Of a stretch of DNA of 47,061 bases, positions 1 through 12,802 are shown in pieces. The notes beneath the pieces were generated by a model. It was not told the origin of the DNA, did not search any database, and was given only the letters and a program-made list of their open reading frames with translations. This stretch comes from Chiloscyllium plagiosum. Taxonomy: Eukaryota. Position 1 is the stretch's first letter. Each line of letters starts with the position of its first letter. Location: positions 43,958-91,018 of the forward strand of contig NW_025215314.1 of NCBI RefSeq assembly GCF_004010195.1, given 5' to 3'. The position numbers and the translations under genes are program-made.

Positions 1-316
1 CAGATGAGCTCAATTTTAAAATAAAACATTGTGATTTATGACGATGATGAGGATTAATTGATTGTAGTCTAAGCCTTGAGAAGCTTTGTAATTCTCCACT
101 GCAGTGAGCCTTGGATATTCGGTCTTTGAATGCCTTTAAGTTGCACATTAAGTTTTCGAATTAACAACGGCCTGAAGCTTATGTGGTTCTGCCTGGACAA
201 GGCTTAGATGTGTTTGTGATCAACTTAAATAACGGAGCAGGCTTTCCAGAATAAATCACTCTTCTGTCCTTTCACAATTACCCTGCGTACACTCCGAATT
301 TACTTCACTCATAGTG
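1..316 (+). repeat. Paralogous segment of array unit A (old CR1 3' remnant plus flank), matching ~26460-26784
   Basis: Shared strings gttttcgaattaacaacggcc, atgtggttctgcctg.acaaggcttagatgtgtt and ctttcacaattaccctg occur at both places in the same order. Confidence 0.85.
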
Positions 317-677
317 TACCTTCTCCGTTGATAACACTCTCCCTCGTGCAGGGATCTTTCATTGGTCCCAAAAGCACATTTTAATGGCAAAATTAATTTA
401 ACCTTTTTTTTCCTGTCTGTAAATATAAAGGTCATGTCTCATGCGCTTAAAAACTGCTCTGCGGACAAAAGTCCAGAGTTCAAATAGCATTGGTTGAGTC
501 ACAAGAATCATCACAGAATGTTGCCAAACAAAGCTATCTGTGCCCTTCCATAAGTCAACTATACTTTGAAGTCCCTGAAGTCACATGGGGACAAAGGATC
601 GATTGGATTGAAGACCAAGTTCATAGAATCACCACATTGTGAAAGCAGAAAAGGACGCCATTCGACATGTCGTAGAG

Positions 678-1145
678 CACAAGGCATAGGAGCAGAAATT
701 ACCATTGTATCTGCTTCACCATTCAATCATAGCTAATCAGTTTCACAACTCATGTCTCCCACCTTCTCCCCATAATCCCTGATTCCCTTGATACTCATTA
801 ACCTATCTATTTCAGCCTTAAATATACTCAATGACCTGGACTCCAGAGACTTGTGTGGCAATGAATCCCATTGACTCAACACACGCTGGCTGAAGAAGTT
901 TCTCCTTCTCTCCGTTCTAAAAGATCTTCTCTTTGCCCTAAGGCGATGCACTCGGATACGAATCTCTCCCAAACATGCAAACATCTCTCTAACATCTACT
1001 CTGCCTTAGCCATTCAGTATTCTTTATGTTTGAATAAGATCCCTCTTCACTCATCCAGACTCCATCTTTTATAGACCGAGAGTCCTCAAACTTTCCTCAA
1101 ATGTGAAGCATTTCACTCCTGGCACAATTCCAGTGAACCTGCTCT
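678..1145 (-). mobile_element. CR1 LINE 3' end fragment (older subfamily)
   Basis: ORF 733-984(-) contains the CR1 ORF2 C-terminus RRNFFSQRVLSQWDSLP...IFKAEIDR. A typical 3' UTR (cataggagcagaa...) lies at ~685. Confidence 0.85.
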
Positions 1146-1366
1146 GAAACGTGCCTGGTAGCGATTGTTAAATGAGAATCTTTACCTCATGAATATCTCC
1201 TGGTTTTTCGCCTTAACTTCGCACACTATTTCTATCCATATAATTATGCAATGCTCTCTTGAATGCCTCAATTATTTTTGTTTCCAGGACATTTCCATCT
1301 CATGCAATCCCTTCCCTTAATCTTCACTGTAGATTTTCAAACATCCAGTCATGAGTTGATTATATA

Positions 1367-1512
1367 TCTGGCTAAGTCAACATTTATTGTCCAGCCCTAA
1401 TTGCTCTGAAGGCATTGAGTTTCATTGACATTTGTGTGGATCTGGAGTTATATTGTGTCTGGTCTCCCACCGGAAAGGACATGGGTGAATCTAATGATGA
1501 AATTATGACAGT
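1367..1512 (-). mobile_element. Degenerate SacSINE1/Deu-domain-like SINE fragment
   Basis: catttattgtccagccctaattg...gtggatctggagt...aaaggacatgggtgaa resembles the abundant shark DeuSINE as recalled. It is heavily decayed. Confidence 0.4.
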
Positions 1513-1905
1513 ACAACGATTTACCACCTTGGCAGCAGAACATTATCAGCACGGAAAATAAGTTTTACTTGAAAATATTGCATGAAATCATAATGGAATG
1601 TAAGGACAAATTCTTGTGGGGTGAAGCAGATATTGAAAGGCTATTGCTTTGTATTTTTCATCCGTAAGTACAGTCTTGTAAGTTGGCTATATTCTGAAGA
1701 AAATAGGAGTAGCCGTCAAGAAAAAAATAAAACTTTCTGTATGCGAGATCAGTTAGTTCTTTCCTTCTTTTAGACAGTGTCACAAAGAACGAAATGCCAA
1801 GGACGCCTTTTGTCATAACTCGAGTAGTGAATACAAAATGGTTCATTGAAACATTTAGTTATATTTTTCCAGCAGATGAACTTCTACTCGTAGATAATGT
1901 AAGAA

Positions 1906-2105
1906 TTTCCCACAATCCAAAGATGTGCAGATTAGCGGAACTGGCGAAGTTCCCCATTGTGTTCAGCGATGTGTTGGTTCGGTTATTTGTCATGTGTAAA
2001 AACAGGATAACGGGGTAGGGGGATGTGTCTGGTAATGTTATTATTGGAGGATCGGTGTGCACTTGTTAGGCCGAACGGCAAGTTTCCACAGAGTATGGAT
2101 TCTGT
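1906..2105 (+). mobile_element. HE1 (V-SINE) 3' partial copy
   Basis: cccacaatccaaagatgtgcagattag...gtatggattct matches the 3' half of the HE1 copy at 20561-20905. Confidence 0.75.
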
Positions 2106-3094
2106 TTTGAAAAAATTGACAATTCCAGCTAACATGCGCCTGCACATATCCTCCACCCACCTCCCTCCTCACCCCAACCACACCCTGCCACAACCGTAGT
2201 CGACTGACGCGATGTCCTGCGTGTATTTAAATTGAGAAACGCTGAATTTTATGGAAGATACACATTATAAAAGGAAACGTGATTTTCCAAATATGGAGGA
2301 GTGATCCAGTGAAACTTAATCAGAAAGGCCCAATTGAAATCTTCTTCCCACAAAAAAAGATTGGTTTCAACAGATGTATGTGCTGATATTAGGAAATTAC
2401 TTCAGTTCCACAAAGACTGCACAGTCGATCTTTTCCCAGGTGTGTGGTGTAGTTTATAAACGGTGGTGCATCTTTTTTATACCAGTGTATGGGGAAGATG
2501 CAGCCTTTCGAATCGTTGATAATCACTTGCTTGAGTACGGATAGAAAGTGAGCACGCCTGCAGGATTGAAGGGACAGGCGATACTCCTTGATTATTTCTG
2601 ACAGCTGCTCGCTTCCATAATGAAGAGAATAATGTAATTCTTTCAGAAGCAAATTTCGTGCAACCGAAAGAAAAGATACAAAGCTTAAATTCTGGAATAG
2701 GAATCCAATCTGAATCATAGTGCAGAAAGGACCAACTGTTAAACACGAAACCTCCAGGGATCTACAATGACAGGCATTTGTCAAGTTCAGCTGGAACACG
2801 TTGCTGCAACAACTTTCCAATGTCCTTCAACTGCAAGGAACTGCTCTAACGTTTGTTCTCATTGTTATCTAAGAAATGGCAGTCAGAGAATCACCTGGAA
2901 TGAATTCTCCTGGCACGCACAGTCAACTCTGATGATCCAAAAGGATATATTTATAACCCCACTATTCGTCGTCTAAATTCATCTCTTCAGCATCAAAATC
3001 AGAAAGCAAAGTATTGGTTTTCATCTGATGCTGTTGACTCTGAGATCCACTCCATGTGCAAGTCATCATTCGTACACATCTGCATTCAGACATC

Positions 3095-3375
3095 AAAACA
3101 TGAAAGCTCGGGGCAGGAGTAGGTTCTTCTGTCACTCAATATAATTTTGATTAATCCATTATCTCCATACCATATTCCTGCTATCTCTCAACGCCCTTTG
3201 AAGCCTTTGATATCAAACGAAATTAACATATTCTGGCATATTCTCACTGTCCTAACCTCCACAATATTTTGTTGTATGGAATTTCAGAGGTGCCGTCCTG
3301 AATCACGAAATGTTTCTTCATGTTAGTCTTAACTCGACATCGGAACCCATGATTTTAATTACCAGCAGCAGAAAA
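3095..3375 (-). mobile_element. Very old CR1 3' end remnant
   Basis: ggggcaggagtagg...ccatattcctgctatctc...aacctccaca...gaatttcaga parallels the CR1 3' end at 678-1145. Confidence 0.5.
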
Positions 3376-3379
3376 AGCG

Positions 3380-6300
3380 GAAGCTTGGACCAGGGGACTT
3401 TCTGGAAATGCGAATCACAGATGTAAAACTTTAAAAACTTGCCTCGAGCGTCGGCAGTGGCAGCACCTCGGAGAGCATAGAAATTATTTCCCCTTCAGCT
3501 ACATAATTGTGTGTTTTCTAAACCCATAACCCTACCCTTGAAGAGTCAGGTAACCTGTTCTTCATTTTGTTTTAATTTCGGATAAGGTCACCAGCAGGGA
3601 TTGCAGTGCAGGGAGAGGAATGTTCCTCCGCATGATATTTGAGGTGATGGACGCCATGACTGTCCCATCCAAGTACATCTGCAGAAGGTGCACCCAATTC
3701 TTGCTCCTCCAAGACCGTTTCAGGTCGCAGGAACTGGATGAACTTTGGACCATTCGGGAGGCAGAGTCTGTGATAGATATAAGTTACAGGTAAGTAGTTT
3801 CTCCCAGGCACGCAGAAAGCTGAATACCTGTTAGAAGGGGAAATGAAATGGTCAGTGCATAGATTTCTTGTGATCGTTTCCCTGAAAAAAAAAACAAGTA
3901 TAACGTTTTGGATACTGTTGAGAGCGACGACTTAGAGAGACATGCACTTGGATGCAGGCCACTGGCATAGCGTCTGTCGCTGTTGCGCAGAGTGAAGTGG
4001 GAAAGGATGAGAGTGGTATTCATTTGGGACTAAATATTGAGTGGGACAGATAGAAGGTGTGTTGGGAACAGCAGAGACTCACGGTTGGTGTGTTGCCATC
4101 CAGGTGTCAGAGTCCTTGATGTCTCAGATCGTGTCTTTGGGATCCTGAAGTGTGGGCGTGGCCAGCCCCAAGTCATGGTCCACAAAAGTACCGACAACAT
4201 ATTTAGAAAGAGGGATAGGGATATAAGGCAGGATGTCAGGGAGCTTGGATGGAACCTAAGAGTGATAACAAATAGTGCTATTATCTCCGGATTGATACCC
4301 ATGCCACGTGATAGTGAGGCGAAGAACAGGGAGCGATATCAGCCTAACACGTGGCTGCAGGGACGGTGCAGGTTTCAGGGTTATGGATAATTGAGGCTCC
4401 TTCTGAGGAAGTTCGGACGCCTACAGTCAGGACGGACTTCACTTGACTTAAAGGGGTACTAACATCCTGGGTGGGAAATTTGCTAGTGCTATTCAGTTGG
4501 GTTTAAACTAGGTAATCTGGAGAAAGGGGGTGTTGTAAGTTGTGTTGTATTTTCAGAACACAGGTGAATGAGATTATGGATGGCAGAGACAGGATTTAAC
4601 GGCCACAGGAGTGTGCTGGCACACAGCAAGCTGCTTAAAAGTGTGTTGACTTCAACGCCAGGAGTAACCAGAATAAGGTGGTTGAGCTTGCATCATGGGA
4701 TTTAGATGTTTTGACCACAACTGAGACATGGATGGAGCAAGGTCACGAATGGATGTTGCAGTTTCCAGGGTTTAGATTTTTCATTAGTAATCAGGAAGGT
4801 GGTAGAAGAGGGAGAGGTGTGGCTTATTTAGTGAATGACGGTATAACGGTGGCTGAAATAATATTTGATGAGGCCTCGTCAAATGAGGTGGTATAGATTG
4901 AGGTTAGAAAAAGGAGAGGAGAGGTCACACTGATGGGAGCACTTTATATGCCTCCACAAAGTTCCAGGGATGTGGAGGAGGGTATTGGCAAACCTATTCT
5001 GGACAGGAGAAAAAGGAACAGTGTGGTTAACATGGGTGACTTTTAACTTCCTCAGCATTGACTAGAAATGATATAACTCTAATATGTTGGATGGTTCACA
5101 GTTTGTCCACAGTGTGCTGGAGAGTTTCCAGACACAGCATATCGAAGGGCAGACAAAAGGGGAGGCTACACTGGATCTGGTACTGAATAATGAGGCAGGC
5201 CAGGTGCTTGATTAAGTGATAGGTTTGTTTTTTGCAGAGAGAATAACAATAATTCGGTTACGTTTAGTTTAGTGACAGAAAGGGATAGATCCATGCCACA
5301 GGGCCACTGTTATATCGGGGGCAAGGGCAATTATAATGCGATTAGGCAAGACGTAGGAGGCAGAGAATGTGGCAGCAAAATGCAGGAATTGGGACAATCG
5401 AAATGTGGAGCTGGTTAAAGGAATACAAATTGCGTGTCTTTGGTAGGTATCTCCCTGTCAGGCAAATAATAAGTGATAAGGTGAGGGAACCATGGTTTAC
5501 TAATTAAGTGGTTTCTGTTGTTAAGTGGAAGATGTAATGTTGAGGCGAGATGCTTCAGAAAGGCGATCGAAAGTTACAGAGTAGATATAAAGGATTTGAA
5601 GAGAGGGTCAAGAAGAGCAATGAGGGGCCAAGTGCAGTCTTTAGCAGGTAGAATAAAGGAAATCGCTGAAGTTTTCTATAGATATGTGAGGAATAAAAGA
5701 ATGACGAGGGTAGGAATAGGACATGAAAAAAAAACACGAATGGGAAGTTCTGTGTGGATCCTGCGGAGATTGGAAACGTGCTAAACGAATAGCGCTCATC
5801 TGTATTCATTCATAAAAGGAGAAAATTGTCGAGGAGAATGCTGAAGTACGGGGTCGTAAACTTGAAAGGATTGAGGTTAATAAGGAGGAGGTGTTATCAA
5901 TTCTAGAAGGTGTGAAAGTCGAAAAGTCCCCTGGGGCGGATGGGATTTCTTTTGATAATTCTATGGGAAGCGAGGAATGATATACCTGAGCCTTTGGCTC
6001 TGATCTTTGAGTCTCATTGTCGACAGGTTTAGTACCAGAAGACCGGAGGATTGCAAAGATTGAGCCCTTGTCCAAGAAGAGTCGGAGAGATAACCCAGGC
6101 AATTGTAGACCAGTGAGTCTTACTTTGTTGTCGGAAAGGTTTTGGAAAAGAGTATAAGAGATAGTATTTATAGTCATTTAGCAAGCAACAATTTGATTGA
6201 AAATAGTCAACATGGATTCGTCAAGGGCAGGTCGTGTCTCACAAGTCTCATTGGAATTTTTTGAGATGGTGACCAAGCATGTGGGTGAAGGTACGGCTGT

Positions 6301-7461
6301 TGATGTATCGTACATGGACTTCAGCAAAGCCCTTGATCACGTTCCACATGGTAGGCGACTAGAGGAAATGCAGAAGAATGGGATTGAAGGTGATTTAGCA
6401 GATTGGATTAGAAACTTGCTTTCTGTAAGAAAGAACAAGTGGCGGTTAATGTAAACTATTCAGCCTGGCGTCCGGTTACTAGTGGTGTACCACAAGAATC
6501 TGTTGGGACCAATGCTGTTTGTCATTTTTATGAACGACTTGGACGCAAGCATAGTGGATGGGTTGGTAAGTTTGCAGGTGATGCCAAAGTGGGTGGAGTG
6601 GTGGACAGTGTGGATAATGTTGCAGGGAGACTTGCAAACACTGCAGAACTGGGCTAAAAGGAGACAAATGGAGATCAATGCAGATAAAAATGAGGGAATA
6701 CACTTTGGGAAGAGCAACAAGAAGTTAGAATACTGGATCAATGGAAATATTCTTGGTATTGTGGGTGTGCAGAGGGATCTTGGTGTCAACGTACATAGAT
6801 CCATGAAAATTGCTACCCAGGTTGATAGTGCTGTTAAGAGGTTATACAGTGTATTAGGTTTTAATGGAGGGAATGAGTTCTGGAGCCGTGCTGTTATGCT
6901 GCAACTGTACAAAAAGCTAGTGTAGCGTCACTTGGAGTATGGTGTGCAGTTCTAGTCACCCCATTACGGGAAGGATGTGTAAACATTGGAAAAGATGCAG
7001 AAGAGATTTACCAGAATGTTGACTGGTCTGAAGCAAATGGCTTATGAGGGAATGTAGAGGGACTTGGGTGTGTTCTCTTTGGGAAAAAAATACAAGGCTC
7101 AGAGGCGTTTTAATACAGACATACAAGATGATCAGTGGATTAGATAGGGTGGGCAGTAAGAGTCTTTTCCCTCAGATGATGATAGCTGCTTGTGCGAGGA
7201 GGCATAGCATCAAATTGAGGTGTGATTGATTTACGATGGATGACAGATTCAGGTTCTTCACTCAGAGAGTGGGAAGTTGCTGGAATGCCCTGCCAGTCAA
7301 TGTAGTTAACTCAGCCACATTAGGGGCATTTAAACAGTCCGTGGGTAAGTAAATGGCTGATGATGTAGGGTGATATGCTGAGATAAGTTCACAGTTGGGC
7401 CCACATTGGGAGCTGAAGGGCCTGTTCTGCGCTGTATTGCTCGATGTTCCATATTCCATAC
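3380..7461 (+). mobile_element. Near full-length decayed CR1 LINE (5' UTR, ORF1, ORF2 APE+RT, 3' tail)
   Basis: ORF1 remnant ~3600-4511: Cys motif ...KYICRRCTQ, coiled coil, and SGNH-esterase-like LVCCHPGVRV...IISGLIP...DGLHL. ORF2 remnants: KCVDFNARS (APE), YMDFSKALDHVPH, SGVPQ-S-LGP, RDLGV. Many stops and frameshifts. The 5' boundary is approximate. Confidence 0.93.
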
Positions 7462-7469
7462 GAAGTCTG

Positions 7470-8130
7470 GGACTCCTCGATCTGTACTCTGCAATCAAGG
7501 TGAAAACATCCAGCTACTCTCTCTATTCCTATGAGAATGTTAAGCATCTTAAGTGACAATACTGCCATTTCAGTGTTAGTGTTACTGCTGTATTCCCTCT
7601 CTGGTACATGCATTATCTGTAAGGCCGGAAAATCACAATTGCACACAAAATTCCAGTTCTAATCTCTCCGTCTTTATTTTCATTAACTAGTTCGCATAGA
7701 CACCAAGCTCTTACATGAAAGACTAAGTTTCCCAATATAACATATTTAAATAAGAATCTACCTTACCCTTTTTGCATCAGTTTGCATAAACGTATACTTA
7801 TTCACACTGTACTACATCACCTTGTTTGCATGTGTAATGCTTCTAGAATGCCCTGATACTCCAATTTTCTTCCTCACAACACAAAACCCCACGGAGTTGT
7901 ATTTTGCAGGAATATAAAGCATCAGCGTTGATAAAAGACAGTTTGATTCCATTCTGCTTTTGCTTGCCAACTCGTTCAAATCCACATCAGAACATTTCTT
8001 CCAATTTCAAGTCTGTCAATTTGTGCAAATAGCTTCTCCGTGTGAGGCCTTATCAAAAGCATTTTTCGAAAGCATGACATCACCAGTGAATCATTTGCGA
8101 TAACGTTTCCTGCTCCTGAAGACAACAAAG
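7470..8130 (-). mobile_element. Very old CR1 RT fragment
   Basis: Antisense translation gives FRKMLLIRPHTEKLFAQIDRLEIGRNVLMWI, a frameshifted DFxKAFDKVPH...IGGNVLMWI, and LKMLNILIGIERV. Confidence 0.6.
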
Positions 8131-8737
8131 GAACGTAATGACATGAAAGTGAAGGAACTTGATGGAATGCACACATAACACCGTGGGTGGAGGAAAGAGC
8201 ATCATATGGAACTTGGCGTTTGAATGAAATGCATCAGTGTATTCTTGGAAGAAGGAATGCACACACTGACTTAAGTTAAGAGAGATAGAAGTGCCAACGC
8301 TTCCAAATTAGCTCATAAACCACTGGGTCAGAATTATTAAGCTTTGATAGATGCTCGTGATGGCAGGCTTGATCAACCACTCATTACTTTTAATGTTGGT
8401 CAGCATGGAAGAATAATTAAGAAGCAATTCAACGTCTGTAAAATTTGGAAGTATAAGTGATTCTCCTGAGTGCAATTATGTCGGAATATATTCAATCATA
8501 CCTAAATCAGATGCAAGACCACCTTGACAATACTGAACAATGTTACAAACTGCTACCATAGGCTTCCTCAATATGAGTTGTGTTCCCAATTTGTTCACCA
8601 ACTACCTTTCCAGAATAGCTGGTCTCTCCACGAGACTGCTCACTGTCATTGATCACTTTCTAGTCTATAGTTTTGGGAAGATTTTGTCTTTGAAACCTTT
8701 ATGGTGTCCTGTTTCATCAGTTCGATGTTCTCCTCAA

Positions 8738-10000
8738 TCATAGAATCAAAGAGAGGTACAACATGGAAACAGAACCTTCGGTCCAACCCGTCCATGTCGA
8801 CCAAATATCCCAACCGAATCTAGTCCCACCTGCCACCTGTTCCATATCCCTTGAAACCCTTCCTATTCATTTACCCATCCAGATGCCTTTTAAATGTTGC
8901 AATTGTACTCGCCTCTGCCAGTTCCTCTGGCAGCTCATTCCATACACGTCACACCCTCTGCTTGAAAACGATGTCCCTTAGGTCTCTTTATATCTTTCCC
9001 CTCTCACCCTAAACCTATACCTTCTGGTTCTTTACTCTCCCAGCCCAGGGAAAAAAATAACGTTGTCTATTTATCCTGTTATTGTTCCTAATGATTTTGT
9101 AAACCTCTATAAAGTCACCCATCATCCGCCGATGCTCCAGGGCAAACAGCCCTAGTCTTTTCAACCTCTCACTATCGCTCAGAGCCTCCAACCCTGGCAA
9201 CGTTTTTGTCAATCTTTTCTTAACCCTTTTAAGTTTTACAACATCATTCCAATAGGAAGAAGACCAGAACTGCACGCAATTTTCCAACAATGGCCGAACC
9301 AATATACTGTACAGCTGCAACATGACCTCCCAACTCCAGTACTTCATACTATGAGCAGTAAAGGAAAGCATACCAAACGCTTTCCTCACAATCCTATCGA
9401 CCTGCGACTCGATTTTCAAGGAGCTATGAACCAGCTCTCCAAGGTGCTTTAGTTTAGCACACTTCCGATCACCTTTCCATTAAGTGTATACGTCCTGTTA
9501 AGATTTGCTTTCCCAAAATTCAGCACCTCATATTTATCTAATTTAAGCTCCAACTGCCGCTTCTCAGCCCATGGCCAACCTGATCAAGATCCGGTTATAA
9601 TCTGAGATAACATTCTCGGCTGTCCACTACACCTCCAGTTTTGGTGTCATCTTCAAACTTACGAACTATAACTCTTCTGCTCACATCTGAACCATTCACA
9701 AAAAAGATGAAAAGTAGTGGACCCAGCACCGAACCTTGAGACACTCCACTTTTCACAGGCCTTCAGTCTGAAAAACAACCTTCTCCCACCACCCTCTGTC
9801 CTCTAGATTTGAGGCAGTACTGCACCCACAATGGCTGGTTCTCCCTGTATTCCATGACATCTAACCTTGCTAACCAGTCTCCCATGGGGAACCTTGTCAA
9901 ATACCTTCCTGAAGTCCATATAGATCACGTCCACCATTCTGCCCTCATCAATCCTCTTTGTTACTTCTTCATAAAGCCCAATCAAATTTATGAGGCATGA
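8738..10000 (-). mobile_element. 5'-truncated CR1 LINE (younger subfamily)
   Basis: ORF 9803-10090 (VDVIYMDFRKVFDKVPHGRL), ORF 9015-9419 (LVRPLLENCVQFWS), and 3' tail at ~8740. Confidence 0.93.
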
Positions 10001-10840
10001 TACCAATTCGACCAATCGTCCTCCATTCTTTCCTTTCCTATCTTTTTGAACACTTTGCACACAGGAGTAGTTAACAATCAATTCTATCACGGTAGCGGCA
10101 AGGACTATATTGATTTTTTAAAACTTCAACTTGTAGACCCTTTTTCAATTATTTGAGAACTGTTGGAAAGTTTCCTGCAGTAACCTCTTTTGCATAACGA
10201 CTCGAACTATTGATTGTACACATGGCTGCTTTTGATGTAGACTCCCATCACTCCTTTGTCGATGGGAGAGACAAAAGACGGAAATCTATGTAAATGCTTA
10301 GCAGATCTGACAGTCTTTTTAAAATTATAACGGAAGGCTACTCCTCTAAACGTCTAAATCGGTTTTGGTTTCATGACATTATCAGTGCTGCTAAGCATTT
10401 CCAGCAGCTGGAGGTCAAATTTATGTGAAGCTGGAGGATGGTCATTAATTTGTTTTCTGTTGTAGGTTGGACACAGTCTGGCATCAGCAGCCTTCGGGGC
10501 AACCTAATTGATCACCGTGTATTCTTTCTCTGTGAAGACAGGCACAAGGTGATAATTTATTTTTTCTGACATTATTCCATTTGAATTCAACTACGTTTTA
10601 TATCTACTATATATGAAGCTCAGAAATAATGGCATATGTGTTAAAACGGAAAAATTACTGCATATGTATATGTCGTTCCTAAGGTTCTACGTTGGCACCT
10701 GTAAAATCGGCGTTTGACCCCAAATTATTGGTCTACATCTGAAGGCGCACTGGCACATTACAAATTCGTGCCAATGGAAGCACATCCTCACTTCCTGAAC
10801 TATCAAAGAGCTGGAATCGTGAAATGTGTCTGTACATTTC

Positions 10841-11040
10841 AGGTCGAGTGTATGGTGCTGGAAAAGCACAGGAGGTCAGGAAGCATCCGAGGGGCTGGAG
10901 AATCGACTTTTCGGGCATAAAGCCGTCATTAGGAAGGGCTTCAGCCCGCAACACACATTCCGATGCTTCTGATCTGCTGTGCTTTTTCAGCACCACACTC
11001 TCGACCCTGATCTCCAATATTTGCAGTCCTCACTGTTTCC
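10841..11040. mobile_element. Short fold-back insertion made of Penelope-like (family 2) 3' terminus plus inverted copy
   Basis: Inverted arms ~10841-10887 and ~10962-11008, a 32-nt unpaired tail, and flanks tgtacatttc / tatacatttt. It is absent from the paralog at ~28155-28168. Confidence 0.85.
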
Positions 11041-11449
11041 TATACATTTTCCTGTCTATATGTCACATTGTTTCACCTGAGCTCATGTTCTCTCATTCAG
11101 TTTCTATGTAGTCCACCCTCGAGTTTCTAGACCTGAATCGCTCTCTGAATTTTATTTTTTAAAAGTCCCTCTCGGGTGGTCAGTGTAATCACTATTTTTT
11201 TCTGATGTGATTGTTTAATTGTTTGAAAAGCAGAGCAGCAACACCCCCGGTAATTTGCTGTTATTATGTTAAAAATGCCTGCCAGATATTGCAAAACCGG
11301 GATAACGCGAGGGCAGTTGTTTTAAGATGAAAATTTATGTTCAGATATCCTGTGAAGTTTCATATCAGAACAGTTACCATCAAACGTAACAAAAATATAA
11401 CGCGATCTATACGACTTTACTTGACCAATCTTTCGCCCATGGAACGGTA

Positions 11450-11532
11450 GCAGTCGTGGCTGAGTCGTTAAGCTGCTAGATTAGAGAAGCCAGTGGGGTC
11501 CCCGCGTGTCGCTTCGAATCCTGTTGACGACG
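11450..11532 (+). pseudogene. tRNA-Ser(AGA)-derived pseudogene
   Basis: gcagtcgtggctgagtcgttaag...ttagagaa...tggggtcccc...cttcgaatcctgttgacgacg aligns end to end with vertebrate tRNA-Ser(AGA). The stems and anticodon loop are disrupted. Confidence 0.85.
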
Positions 11533-11906
11533 TTGAAGCTGCTCTTGCTTTGCCCCATGTTTTCCTGAGCCAAACGAGTGTTTTCATTCTGATTCATTTT
11601 CACAGCCACTCTGGTTATGTGTTAATTTATGTGTTACTGAAACTGGTTACTTTTGAAATCAGACATCAGGTTAAAGTCTTCAAGACGCTGGAAGTCGCCA
11701 CTACGTCGAGAATTTGACGATGTTCTGACAGGCGCAAGTTTTAGGAAATGCAACCAAGTATCAGCAGGTGCAGGTATGTGGCAATGTAGTCAAATACCTG
11801 AAAATAGATCTGTAATGGCAATATAGTCAAGTGCGCAGAGCCGGATCTCTCTTCAGAATGAAGCCAGGCATCTGCAATTGATCTCCATCGAATATGCAAT
11901 TCAGAT

Positions 11907-12802
11907 GTTGTAGTTCTGTTCGCCGAGCTGGGAATTTACGCTGCAGACGTTTCGTCCCCTGTCTAGGTGACATCCTCAGTGCTTGGGAGCCTCCTGTGAA
12001 GCGCTTCTGTGATATTTCCTCGGCCATTTGTAGTGGTTTGAATCTGCCGCTTCCGGTTGTCCATTTCAGCTGTCCGTTGCAGTGGTCAGTATATTGGGTC
12101 CAGGTCGCAACAACACCCCCAGATTCTATGGACGACCTAAAGTGCACAAACCAGACCCATAGTATCATTACCAGGGACACCATCACACAAATTGGCTAAA
12201 GAACTACAGCAGAAACTGAAACACCTAATCAGCGGATCCAGTCACTTTATACAATCAACACAGGAATTCTTGGACAGCATCAGAAATTTACACATAGACA
12301 AGGAAGAAACCATGGTCTCATTCGATGTAACAGCACTGTTCACCTCTATCGACAAAACTCTACCAGAGAAACAACAGCCAACCCGCTGGACAGACAGAAC
12401 AGACAACAGGACGTTGAACCTATCAACAAAGACGGCACACTCAAACTACTGGACCTGTGCCTCACAACACACTTCACATTCAACAACCAAATATATGAAC
12501 AAATCAACGGCACACCCATAACCTCACCCATCTCTGGACTTATAGCAGAAGCGTAATGCAAAGATTAGAACAAACAGTCTTCCCGCAAATTCAACCCAAA
12601 CTCTGGGTCAGATATGTGGATGACACCTTAGTAATCATTAAAAACACAGAAATAGAGAAAACACACCGGATCATCAATGCTACACTCATAGGAATCCGAT
12701 TCACTAGAGACGAAGAAAAGGACAACCAACTCCCATTCCTAGACGTGATGGTACAGAGAACACCGTACAGAGAATTCACCACAAAGGTACACAGGAAAGC
12801 CA
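11907..12802 (+). mobile_element. Penelope-like element (family 1): inverted pLTR arm ~11907-12101 followed by 5'-truncated RT; runs into the gap
   Basis: MVSFDVTALFTSI, WVRYVDDT and LPFLDV motifs. It is the same insertion as 40429-42198, sharing the left flank atgcaattcagat (11894-11906). Confidence 0.95.
11943..11982 (-). ncRNA. Minimal type I hammerhead ribozyme motif in Penelope pLTR
   Basis: Reverse complement reads GCA CUGAGGA U GUCACCU AGAC AGGGGAC GAAA CGUC UGC: catalytic core, helix II and a 3-bp helix I. Confidence 0.75.

Larger units (their letters stand above)
2490..12802 (+). repeat. Recent segmental duplication, copy A (pairs with 31500-41338)
   Basis: Colinear identity runs from ggggaagatgcagcc (2491/31501) up to the gap. 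There are 5 differences in 120 nt at 2941-3060, plus reciprocal indels. Confidence 0.97.

Noticed and set aside
2195..2225. cgtagtcg...cctgcgtg as a sixth tRNA-Ser remnant (minus strand)
   Set aside because: Only two short matches, with no B box and no continuation, so chance cannot be excluded.
2389..2820. 143-aa minus-strand ORF
   Set aside because: The frame is not preserved in duplicate B, and its end extends past the duplication boundary. No domain is recognised.
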